This document shows positions 25,092 through 37,100 of a DNA stretch of 64,000 nt, piece after piece. Below the pieces are notes generated by a model that worked only from the letters and a program-made list of their open reading frames with translations, made no database searches and had not been told where the DNA came from. This DNA is from Vicugna vicugna (taxonomy: Eukaryota): NCBI GenBank assembly GCA_013265495.1, contig MU058781.1, forward strand, positions 5,874,118 through 5,938,117, read 5' to 3'. The stretch's first letter is position 1. Each line of letters begins with the position of its first letter. A program made the translations under genes and the position numbers.

Positions 25092-26182
25092 CTAACAGGA
25101 TGTGTGGGACTTAAGTAAGTAAGGAGGGGATGCTGTCCTGCCTCCAGGCTCTGTACCCCAGCTTTCTGGTGAGGGCAGCCCTAAACTGGCCTGTGAGGAG
25201 GGGCAGGGGCAGAGCTGCAGGCAGCCTTGGGCAAGGCTCCTTGGCCCTCGGAAATCTTCATTCTACCCCCTCTTTCTTTTTTGTCATTCCCTAATCCACC
25301 AAATCCTCATCCACTGTACTTTTCAGCTTCTTTTTTGTTCTTCTGGGAGGACTAACAAATTAAGATACAAATATCACAACGTGTAGAACATTCATCAGAT
25401 CTCTCAAGGGAAGAAGGCCCCAGGGCATTCCAGGGTAAGGGTGGGGTGTCACCCAAGAGAGTGTGAAAGGCAATAGGGTCCTAGAAGACACGGAAAACCG
25501 ATGACTGTCCTGCGATCCAGCAGCTTAAAACTTAAAGTGAAACCAGTAACATTGATGACTGTGATTCACTACTACACGTCAAGAAGCCCGTTGGCCATTT
25601 AATTCTTAAGAATTAAGAAGAAAGCCAGAAAGAAGAACAAGTATTACCATGAATGTGAGACATGGAATTCATGAAAGGACTCTTTTTTTTTAATCTTTAT
25701 GAATGAACCAGCATGAGCCTAAGATAACAGTCCATTATTTTAGAAAACATAATATTCCATCATTATTCATTCCTTTAGGGATGGTTTGAATTATTACATC
25801 AATGAGAGGCTAGCTTCCAGAGACTGAGGGACGTCATGTCATCAGAAACCTAAAAAATTAAATTAGTGGTCGAGCTCAGAGACAGAAAATGTATGGGGAA
25901 AAGGCTGGGTAGAGGAAGAGGTGTAGAATGTAGGTAGGGGGTTATTTGGTAAATTCTGAAGGAAAGGGGACATGACAGCGATGATTACCCCTCCTGGACT
26001 TTTCTGTGCTCCAAGCAGACACCTGGGGTCCTTTTGGGGATGCTCAGTCCCTGCAGAGAGTCTCTACCTCTGCGCATCTCAACTGGATGTATTGGAAGGA
26101 AAGGTACCGCTAAGGAGGACAGAGCGTGTCCATCAACCATGCACCGAGGTAAGCCATGCAGTCCTGTTTGCACGGTCTCCAC

Positions 26183-26504
26183 CGTAATTCTATTCTAAGA
26201 AACAAGGGCTGGGGTGACGCCACAGAGGACATGGGAGACAGGCTGCCTGTCCAGAGCTGCCACAGTCAGTAGCATTTAGAGGAAAGGCAAAAAGTTGTCA
26301 CCCATGTGTCGTGCACTTCAGGGAACACCACCATGTAAGAGCCGATCAGGACGACCCCGGGGCACTGCAGGCTCGCGCACACGCCCGAGGATGCACCCTG
26401 CATGAGCAGGGCTGCCCGGGACTTGCAGGAATGCTCTGACTTCAGTACCTCCAAGACGCCGCTGCACACCTCCGTCTTTTCAACTCCCATTAGCTCACCC
26501 TGGT
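26183..26504 (-). pseudogene. Candidate SRCR-like exon 1 (DQGELMGVEKTEVCSGVLEVLKSEHSCKS...GVCASLQCPG...)
   Basis: Acceptor tcttttcatccag, phase 1, with the frame open to 26266. CSGVLEV and VCASLQC resemble the SRCR motifs C(S/A)GxVEV and VCRQLGC. Frameshifted NATDCGSSG and SHVLC pieces further on resemble the SRCR C-terminus. The 3' end is uncertain (donor at 26302 or 26183). Confidence 0.6.
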
Positions 26505-28919
26505 CTGGATGAAAAGAGCTCAGTGAATCAATGGCTTCTGTTGAACTGTTTATATATGTTTCAGGTCCTGATTAGGCCATTAGTCACCGAGCATACTGCA
26601 CAGTAAACTAGGAGTAGCTGCAATTATGCAACTTCCCAAGAACATCCCTGGAGCATTTACAGTGAGACCACAGCGCCAGCAAAATGTGAAATGGAGATTA
26701 TTTGTCAGCAATTTTCAGAGCCGCGCGCTTCCATGCCAAATGAAACAGATGCGTGGCAGATAGCAGAAGCTGGGAGAAAACAAGAGGAACGATGAACCTA
26801 TGGATGTTTGCTCTTCCGAACACAGCCGAGACCTGAAAAGGAGAGCTCCCTGTACAGCAAATAACTCTCAGCAAACAGTGCTCCAAGTCGTCTGTCCCCC
26901 TTTCCGGTAATGTCCGTCACAGCCTCGACGTCCTGCAGCCGTTGAAGGCACAGAACTCCTGGGAACTCAGTCCCGGTGAGCAGCTAGTCCCCTTTCAGAG
27001 CGCCCCCCGCACCTGCCCTCATCTGTCTCCCAACGTGGTGAGCATCGGGTCCCACAGGAGGCATGTCCCTTCTCCTTTCTGCTACAGGTTCTCACTTTTC
27101 CTTTTCAAAATCAGCAAAAATTATATAATTGTATATTCGAGGCTTTCTCATCAGAAGGAATAAACAACATTCCTAGAGGAAAGAGAAAGGACCATGGAAA
27201 AGCAGCACTTAATTTCTTGCATCAGGAAAATGCAAGAAATTCTTCTACACACACTGCCTGGGATAAACCAGTGACAAACATGAGTGCAGTCTTTTTCAAG
27301 AAAATTTGCAAGGGATGGGCTATTCGCAACCTCCCGGCAAGGAAACGGGAAGTGATGGACCATGAGAAGTGGGTCAGCGCTTCTGCATTTGCTGGACAAG
27401 TCATAACAAGCAAGAACCTTCCTAAGAGTGTTTTACAGTATTTTTCATGGCAAGACTGACACTTTTTGGTCAGTTAATCCCCACTTTCCTATTTCTGTCC
27501 GTATACTTTACATGTATTTATTTGTTGATTTATACATTTTCGCTGAACTTGAAGTGACAGTTATTTTTAAGAGATTGCCAACCTGGGTCAGGAGGAACTC
27601 AGAAACCTGGTTTTCAGTGTCTCTGGCAAAAGGAGGCTTGACAGCTGAAAGCAACCAGAAAGTTGAATAGATCCAGGTTTCCAAAACACTAGAAAAAAGA
27701 AAAGGTATCCTTTGCTTTCTTCCATCTGGCCTTTTTAAAAAAAAAAATGCATTATTTACCAAAAAGGACTTCTTTTGTAATGTCACCAACCACTTCCTTG
27801 TGTGTTCAGAGCGCAAGTCTTGATGTCCGTGTGTCAGTCTAGCTTCAAAAGCAAGATGCAGCTTTCTTCACCGTGGATCAGCACAAGGCGAAGAGCGATG
27901 GTGCCCAACGGGCCAACACACCAGAGGCATCCAACACAGCTGCTTTCTAAATTCACAGCCCTGAGTCTCTCCACGGACAGCCTTCCAAAACTAATTGCGG
28001 CTGTGAGGATAAAGAAGGCAGTTTCTCAGCTTCGGTGCCTTTAAGGTTAGTTCAACTTTCCACCTCTGTTAACTCTCCCGCAGGAACTTTTGACACACAG
28101 CCCTCCTTAACATTCACAGGCAGAGACGTCCAGAAGAAAAATGTCTCGCTCCTCGTTAGAGAGCTGAAGACCCGAGTGCTCTGTGTCCCCAGTTTAGGAG
28201 ATTACAGTCAAGGGGGCTGGGGACGACCTGCGGGCGTTTATGACAGACAGACTCCTGGATTTAAGCTTGGGACAGACCAACCTTTCACATGAGTCCTCAA
28301 AAACAGACAGTGTTCTGTTTGAATTTTTGAGCCCCATTCTAGTACAAACACGCTTGGCACCTCGAGCCAGAGTTTTCTTCTTGGCGAGCTGCTCTGCGCC
28401 ACTCTGGGTATTACCCTGCAAGGTCCCTGCGCCCTGTCCCTGTCCCCCCGAGATGGGGGGTGCTGTGCAGCTGGGTGCCAAGGCGCTGTCAGCGCCTCCG
28501 GCAGGAGCATGGTCCACACCACATCCCTTCTCCCAGCCCCTCCTCGGTCTGGCATGGTGGCCGAAAATGGCCACTTTTTCATCATTTGTCTGTTAACTCA
28601 GATGCAGACCACAGGGCCGATACATCGAGCTCATGGTGGACAGCCTGAAGGCATCTAGAACTATCTTCAACTCCAGGGACTTATTTCTCTCTTATCTCCT
28701 GGTTTCTCTTCCCTGGGAAGAAGGCAGAGTAGTCAGTGTTCTCAGCAATCATCTCTGTTCCTTTGGGAAGAACCTGGACTCGTCCGACAGCGGGCAAGCA
28801 GTGGCCCTCGGAGATGATCACATCCATCCTCCTCTTTCCATTTTCAAGTCTCCATTATTAGAGGCTCGATTTCTTACTGAATTGCTTTCAAACGACCAAG
28901 GGCTACTTTTTATAGGGAT

Positions 28920-29230
28920 TGAAACACAGAGCTGGAAGTGGTCTTAAAGATCATTTGATTCAGGGGTTTCATGAACTGAAGCTACAGCTATTATAATACA
29001 GAGATCCCTGGGCCTCAATCTGCCCCCCTTCCCCGTTCAAGTCCTTGGCTCATTCAGTAAGAGGCTGGTGGGAGACCTAGAACTCTCCAGGGGTTTCTGA
29101 AGCCACATTCGAAAACCACTGATGTAATCCAACTTCCTCATTTTCCTAAGGCCCGGAGAAGTCAGGTTATTTGCCAAAGGCCACACACGGTTAATGACAG
29201 GCCTGAGACTTCAACATAGTTCCTGGTGGG
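28920..29230. mobile_element. MIR fragment interrupted by a MER5-like hAT element
   Basis: MIR-like flanks (agctggaagtggtcttaaagatcatt / aaggccacacacggttaatgac) surround caggggtttc...gaaaaccactg. Confidence 0.5.
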
Positions 29231-30538
29231 CCAGACCAATGACATTCTTTTCCTGTACTTCCTAAGTATTTAGTGTTCTATAAAACCTTAATCGTTGAGT
29301 TTCTGCCAATACAGATAACATCTTTTTTGTGCATATATAATTCAATTTCTTTGAATTTATTATATAACCTACACAGTTTTAGAGTGTCACCTTTCTTCAG
29401 TTAGGAGTGTTTCCTAAAATAATTAAGGATTCTTAATTCACTTTCATATGCTAAAGAGACTTCAAAGGAAACAAATCAGAAGCACACTGAATGAAATTTT
29501 CTTTTGGAAAACCGAGGAAACGGTCAATGGGCTAACATATTTGTTAACTTCTACAAACAACACACGCACACCCTCTTCAGCTTCTGGCTCCAGGAATTAC
29601 TTACTATGTGGGAAAAAAATTCAAAGCTTTCACTGTTCTGTCGGGTAAACGTGTAAGTGCGCTGGCAGTTTCGTTCATGACAGCACTCCATTTTGATCAC
29701 TGGTGCTACTTCCATATTAGCTTGTAATATCTACTCACAGCAAAATAATAAAACAGCATTTTGCTGACTTGTTCTAAAATGAAGGTTTCTGTCGAATGGC
29801 AGTGGCATCTCCAGCCCACCATCCCCCACCCCCGTTATTCAGAATGAGTGGGGCACCAGGCACTGGGTTTCCCCTTTACTGGCGAGGAACAACTGAATGA
29901 GTAACTAGTGAGGGCTCACAGGTAGTTCCCCCGCCCACAGACCCGGACGCATCTTTGCACACTTTGAAAGGCATGCACGGCATGGCTGCTGCACCCACAG
30001 CACACGCCGAAAAACCACCACTGCTAAAGTCAACTTCTTACATAAAATCCAGCAGTACTCCCTGTTAGAAGCTGAAGAAGAGGAATAGAGCTTTTTGTTA
30101 ATAGCAAAGGCATCAAGGAGGAGTTCTACATGGTGAAATCGGAGTCTAATTTACAAAGCTAACATAGAATGTTTACAGGTGATCGAAAAAGAAGTGAGAA
30201 TTTACTACAGCGAAACAAATCAGGAAACAGAAACCAGTCATTGCTCAGTCTTTAAACTGTTCAAAGCTGAGACAATCTCCAAGGGTCATCAAACCCTCAA
30301 ACAAAAATATAATTTCACAGAGTAAGATTTCTTTTTTCTTATAAACCCTTTCGAGAGCAGAAACCATTGATTTCAGCTCTACCTGTACATTTATTTACTA
30401 TCTCTGTTCTATACAGAAACGTCCAAAAATGGACTATTTCCAAGGACAAAAAATTAAGTAACAGATGATTAATAGAATTTTATATAAGTTTTAAATATTC
30501 AAATAATTTAAAAATATTGTAATCCTTCATTTCCTTAC

Positions 30539-30623
30539 CTGAAATCTCTGCATTTTGGAAGACTCTTCCATATAGCCATGCAAATTCACAAAAAAGCAAA
30601 TTAAGAAGAATTACTGCAAACAT
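30539..30623 (-). pseudogene. Candidate first coding exon, signal peptide (MFAVILLNLLFCEFAWLYGRVFQNAEIS)
   Basis: ATG at 30623 has A at -3. The 28 open codons have a hydrophobic N-terminus. A strong donor CAG|gtaagg in phase 1 joins in frame to the 26504 acceptor. A possible upstream acceptor (tttttacattttag) would start the exon at 30743. Confidence 0.6.
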
Positions 30624-32210
30624 ATTGACTTTTAGCTTCTTGATACTCTGTCTTGCAGAGGATGAGGACACAGCAACAATGTCTCCAGCAATACCTCATT
30701 ACACAGATTACATATAATCATCCTACAGCAAATAACACAGAGTCTAAAATGTAAAAACCGTATCAGATTCTGAAACCTACGTGTCTCCTTCTGAACTTGA
30801 ACCTTACAGTCTTCTGAAGTAGTATGTTTAGAGGCATGAAAAACAAGAGGCCATTTCAAATCTGCTAACACACCACGAATTAGTGAATCACCTTCATAGT
30901 TCTTGCCCTAATTAAGGTCAGTAAGAAAGGCCTCCATCCAATATTCCAACAGACAGCGAAAGTTTCCGCCTGTGCAATTATTCACCTCTGGGGGTCCACC
31001 TCAAGGTACGAGACACACAGGTTTATAAGGATTATGCTGGGAAGGGATGTTTACGGAAGAGGAATTACTTAGGATAGATGGACTTGCCCAAAATAAAGAC
31101 TCTTGGCCACTAGAACCACTCACTGTTATACTCTAGGCTAGAAACAAACAAAAAAAAAGATTAAATAATATATTCATATGGGGAGCCAATTTTCCTGTCA
31201 ATAATAAGCAGGAAAACTTAAGAGTATTTTAAAACAAGATTTTTTTAAGCCCTACAAATACGTCAGTACAACCTCCTCAGACCTTTTTTTAAAATACAGT
31301 TTATTTAAAGACGTAAATGAAGTCAATCAAATAAACAACAAATATTTACTGAGAACCTTCTATGTGGCCAGGATTATGTTTCTAAGTCCCATGACCTTTC
31401 AGGATATTTACAAAATTATTTAACTTTATAATGTATTTCAATAAATAATGCAGTCTTCCAAAATGTGCCTGGGGCTGTAATTCCATCTAGTTTCTATGAT
31501 GACACTATAAACCTTGGATGGAATTACAATCTTAATGTGGACAATCAGGGTGTGCTACTCAACATGCTTGGGGAATCCATGATGAACTCAACTTCTAAAA
31601 TAATAACCACCAAGCCTTTGGCATGTAATTACAACCAGGAAGCCAAGCCATCTACTGGCTGGTACATGAGAAATGTTCGATTGAAAGGACCACTCTCCTC
31701 ACTGTAGCAAAATCTATTTAATATATCTGAAAACCCTCTTCATCTCCAAAATTAAACTTTGTACCTTTGTGATAAGAAAATATCGACACGGGTTTACTTC
31801 ATAGATGTTTTAATATATATGGGTGGTGACTAGACTATGTGGATATTACCAGTAAAATCTTAGAATCTTTTAATTTCACCTTCAGACACCTAAAAGGTAA
31901 ACTCCACAAAGTGCAATATGTTAAGAAACAAGGGGAAAATCATACTCAAGAGCCCTATGAAATTACCGGCATTTCTTCTCATTCTTTAAGAGGATCCTGA
32001 CATCTGTTAACATAAACAAAGCAAAGTACCTTGTAGCTGTAAGAGGAAAAATAATAAAAGATTTATCTAGAGAGATTAAACTCAGGGTTGTAGAAAAAAT
32101 GCACTTAGAAACAAACCCAGAGTTTCCCTGGGAAAACAAAAGACAATGATACTATGAATCAGCGTTTTTGTTTTTTTTTCTTTCCTAAGCAGCTTGGATA
32201 AAAGAAGAAA

Positions 32211-32254
32211 CACACGCACACGCATGCACGTGCACGCGCGCGCGAGCGCACACA
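32211..32254. repeat. CpG-rich alternating purine/pyrimidine tract
   Basis: cacacgcacacgcatgcacgtgcacgcgcgcgcgagcgcacaca. Confidence 0.9.
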
Positions 32255-35036
32255 GTATTACAAGCATCAGAGAGAATGAAGACAGATGCACACACATTCA
32301 ACCTATATATTTGTATTTAGGACACACATGGCTTCCTTCATCATACCTAACTTTATTTGGTAATTGCAGAGGTCACCAAAGCTCTGTAAAATCAGTATTG
32401 CCATAGCAACCAGGAGGCTAAAAAAAAAGATTCTCTGCCAGAAATCCTCACCAAACACAATATAAGGCATAAAGAAACTGTCCTCTCATATGGATACCTT
32501 TAACCCCATCATGCTTCTAATAGTGAAAGTATGTGACATTCCCATGAAAACCCTGTTCCTCCAGGGACCTCTTGTGGATTACGTGTCACCGGGTTTCTGA
32601 ATCACTGAGAGTTAAGAACTTACTAATACAAACTCCAGGGATTTATGTACACTGTTATCACAGTGATTACCTAAAGTAAAAGGTAGCCAGATAGGAGACA
32701 CAAGGCAAAAACAATTTTGATGAATCTCCATGAACATGAGACATTATCATTTCGCAACCTTACTTTAAAAACTTCGTATTTAAAAAAAAAAAGAAAAGTG
32801 GACTAACGCAATTCTTATCTCCTGGGAGTCCATCCCTCCCTATAACTTGAGAAAATACACTTGGTAAATAAAGAAGTAATTCTTGAAATAGCTCTTAAGT
32901 GACAGAAAGAATAAGTAGAAAGAAGATCCTAAGCTTAACTCCAGAGGCAAGCTGGGACTAGAATCCTAAGTCACAGGTTCAAGGCTTCCCTGGTTGAGGG
33001 CTCTATCTCAGTGACAGACAAAACTCCTGCCTCCAGCCTTCTCCGTAGAGTACCAGGGAAATTCAGAAATGGTCAAGTAAGTACCTGCTCAACACTGAAG
33101 CAGGTTAACACTGAAGGCTGAACAACCTCTGACAAGTTGTAACCTGCTGTGGATAGAATAGAGCCAGCCTGACTCAACATAATACACCAAACCAAAAAAT
33201 ATAATAAATAAAAGTAATGGGGAAAGAGGAATTTCTTCTGTGTCCACTTTCTACAGAATATTCTTGGTGATGAGCAGGAGGAAAACAGACTGGGTGATGA
33301 CAAACAGGGTTACCTGAACAGCAGTGCCATTCTAAAACTACCAATAAGCTACTTCATAAAATTAAATTTACTGTCTTGAGATTCCCACTAATGACCACCA
33401 TCAAAAGCTGTCAGACAGCTCTTTCCTTTCTGTAGGTGCTTTTTCGAAAGGAAGGATGGAAATGCTGGGGTGTGTGTGTGTGTAACACACTACTGTTCCT
33501 ATATGCAGCAGGAATTTCCTGTCTGGTATATTTTAGAGCAAATCAAGACAATACTCTTCAGGACAGAGCCAGTGAGTCAGGCAGCGTTCTGGGACTAAAA
33601 TGCTTGAGTCTGCTTAAGTCATAGGAAAGCAAGTTGAAAGGCCTGGGGCTGTTCCATCCCAGATAGAAAAGAACAGGAAAGAAGGTGAATTGTGTTGGCC
33701 ATTAAAATTTTTTTCTTGACAAATATTCTCATTTGTTTCCTCATTTGGAGTTTTTAATTCCCCCTAGGAGAGTGAGATGAAATAAACAACCAAAAATGGC
33801 ACCAATCAGAAGCATGGAGGAGTAAGTTGGGTTTTTTTAAGTATTATCTGTGCTCTGATGGGAGACCCTCTTGAAGAAAGAGGACAATCCTGATGAGCTA
33901 GACCATGATGCTCAGTACTCAGCACCATTAGCACCTTGACTTTCCCCACTCTCTGCAGCCCAGGACTGTTACGCCTCCACCTGGAAACTAGATACATGAG
34001 GGACATTTCTTTATTCACATTACTGAAGAGATTAACTCCAGAGTTCACAGGTCTCCAGCAGTTCCTCACTCTTTACAGGTAATTAACCTCTTGATGGGCT
34101 TAGAGCAGCCACAATGTCAGAAGCCACAACATACTGATGATAAGTTATAAACCAGGGGAGAGAATAACTGCAAAACAGACTTCCAGGCTCAATGGAAAAT
34201 AAATTTCCACTTATTGGAAAAAAAAAAGTACACTCAACTTTTCAGGAATATATGAATCACAGAAACTGCAGCATTGGCAGGGACCTTAGAAAATCATTCT
34301 ATTGCAACTTCTCATACTAAAACAAGAAAATGGAGGTACAAAGAGGAAGAGTGACTTGCCCAGACATATTCTACTGGACACACATCGGGTTAGCGCTGCC
34401 TAAAGCCAGACCTGACTACACAGCGTGGAAGACTGTCCCATCCAGTCCCCTTTATAAATCACGCTGGTGCCCTTCAGACAGGTGTGTTTCCTGCCCTCAG
34501 GTCAGGATTACATTTTAGGAAAGGACTGGGAGATCATGACCAGGGACTAAGAATGGGACAAAGGAAAAGAGGGGAGATAAGGAGAGAGACAATAAAGAAA
34601 GAGTCAAAAGACCACTCATTTTAGTGCTTGCAAACACTACTTGTGCTTTTCCTTGCATTTAAGTGCAAGATTAAATAACATGATACGAGCTTCTGCTATT
34701 CCGTAGTGAGGAGGACGATTTCTGGCTGGAATCTCACAGAAGGTGTCACAGAAATAGTCCTTTGGAACCAGGTCTCAAGTCATTCCTTGCTCCCTTCCTC
34801 ACTGTCATCATTAGGTATCATGGCAAAGCTCCCTGAGGGTAGGAACCTAGTCTGTCTTGATCACTATTCATTTCCCAGAACCTGAGGACTACGTCACACA
34901 ATGCGAGTACTCTAAAATTTACTGAAAGAATGACTATCAACTCCTATGAGGAAAGAAGAAGAAATATGTATAGTTTGGAAATGCATATGCAATATTATCA
35001 TTTTCTGTAAGGAAAAATGAAAAATTACCTATTTGA

Positions 35037-35580
35037 TGTCTACTGACAGATGACTAAAGAAGTTGCGGTATATTTATACAATGGAATACTACTCAGCCAT
35101 AAAAAAGAATGAAGTAATGCCATTTGCAGCAACATGGATGGACCTAGAGATGATCATATTAAGTGAAGTAAGTCAGGCAAAGAAAAATACTATATGTCAC
35201 TTATATGTGGAATCTAAAAAAATGGCACAAATGAACTTATTTACAAGACAGAAACAGACTCACAGACATAGAAAACAAACTTAGTTACCAGGGGAGAAAA
35301 AGAGGGGTGGAGGAATAAATTGGGAGTTTGAGGTTTGCAGATATTAACTACTATATATAAAATAGATACACAACAAGATTCTACTGTATAGCTCAGGGAA
35401 CTATATTCAATTATTTTGCAGTAACCCATAATGTAAAAGAACATGAAAAGGAATATATGTATGTATATGTATGATTGAAACATTATGCTGTACACCAGAA
35501 ATTGACACAACACTATAAACTAATTACACGTCAATAAAAGAATAAACAAGGAAATAACTAAATAAAATGCAAAAAATAAA
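35037..35580 (+). mobile_element. 5'-truncated L1 with TSD tacctatttga
   Basis: YIYTMEYYSAIKKNEVMPFAATWMDLE followed by the 3' UTR and an A-rich tail. tacctatttga occurs on both sides. Confidence 0.95.
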
Positions 35581-36329
35581 TACCTATTTGAAATGTAAAC
35601 AAATGTGAAAAGATAGGTTTTTTTATTTAATAAAAAGATGAGGTCAGTCAAAAATGCAAAGCCACCTACCAGAGCAGTTACCATCAGTTTCATGGTCTAA
35701 GTAGGTAGCATTAACTGAGCCAACATCGTCCCTGTGTTATACAGAGCTTACAGCCTGAAGCACAATGTCAAGAAAACATGTTAATTAAAGGGCAGTAAAT
35801 AAACAGCCACTGGGAAGATACCCTAAACAAACAGAAGTTTTTAAAAAACCAAATGTAGTTGGAATAGAGTATAAATGGAACCCCTAGGCACTGGGTATTC
35901 AGACAGAATAGAAGTGATCATTGTGTATTTTCTAATGAGCTCTATGTAGTTTATATAACTGACCTGTTTGCAACCACAGAAATCAACATTTCTCTCTGTG
36001 CTTCTTAATTCAAACCTCTACTTGAGCAGCTGTATTACAGCCACAAATAAACTATCTGACAAGTAATTTGGACAATTACTTTAGGTCCTCAGCAAGCTCT
36101 CTAACAAACTAAACTTTTAAATTAACTATAGGTAGGTATAATAATATTAAAAAAAGTCATTACAAGATTTACTGATTTTAAGGACTCAAAAAAGACATTT
36201 AGATCCAATTACTACACACAATGGGAAGTAAACACAAACAGCTTATTCTTTTAAAACGTTTAATATGATTTTTGGCCATTGTGAATGTATAATAATAATA
36301 GTAACCAAAGCAACAACCACTTAAAGAAA

Positions 36330-37100
36330 AACAGCGAGTAAGCTAGGGAGTAAGCACCGTGGTGGGTTCTTTACAGGTGTCCCATTTCATTCTTTCAAGG
36401 ACAGGAGATGTTTTACATGTTTGCTTTAGAGATGAGGAAACTTAGGCTCAGAGGCTTTACAAGGTGCTCAAGATCTCAAATGGGCAGATCTGGGTTCAAA
36501 ACCTCAGTCATAATGACCCCAGACCTAGCACAGGTATTTATAGTTTGGAAGATACCTCTAGACGCATCTCTCTTGATTTACTTAACAGCAGTGGATCTGT
36601 ACCCTGAGTAGCCGTGTGGTATAATGCTGAGAGCTAGGCTTTGGAGCCCAAGCCCTTGGGGTTCAGGTTTCAGCTCTGCCACTCACTAGCCATATGCCCT
36701 GACCTCTCTGTGCCTCTGTGTCCTCATCTCCAAACCTGGGAATCATAACAGCACCAAAAGAACCACTATCTACCAACTCCCAGGGCTGTTCTGAGGACTA
36801 AGATTTAATTCCCATACAGCACAGAGAACACAGTGAGCACTCAAAACTGTCCGTGTGTGCAAAGGTTTAGCATCCTTTGGAATGCTAAAAAGAACACCGA
36901 ATTTGGAGTCAAGTGGCCTCGCATGTACACATATAATATGCATATACATATTTAAACCATGTGACCTTTCCCAAGTCACTTAAATTTTCTGAGCTTCATC
37001 TGTAAAAACGAAATGCCAACTACCCTGCTTTCTTCCCAGGACTGTCATGAGAAACAAATAATGGACGACAAGGGATATGATAGTGCTTTGGAAACTAAAA
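36330..37100. mobile_element. Cluster of MIR fragments in both orientations
   Basis: Segments include gatgaggaaacttaggctcagag, ggttcaggtttcagctctgccactcactagc...cctcatct, and caagtcacttaa...catctgtaaaa. Confidence 0.75.

Larger units (their letters stand above)
7027..30623 (-). pseudogene. Putative decayed multi-exon gene for a single-pass receptor: signal peptide, SRCR-like ectodomain, TM segment and tyrosine-kinase-like domain
   Basis: Minus-strand segments bounded by AG/GT occur in colinear receptor order, and most phases are compatible. Kinase subdomain remnants appear in the correct order (Gly-loop GDCLGTFG, QVSLG, catalytic loop QSDLVTRSC, EFI, GPE, VSWDIL, SEICRIIRC). There are multiple in-frame stops and frameshifts. 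AATAAA occurs at 6758-6770 downstream of the final stop. Confidence 0.68.

Noticed and set aside
25972..26187. SLYLCASQ resembling a TCR V-beta C-terminus
   Set aside because: There is no upstream V-domain framework and no heptamer/nonamer RSS after it, so the match is coincidental.
28194..28648. Overlapping ORFs on both strands
   Set aside because: They are explained by locally high GC content with few stop codons and show no protein signature.
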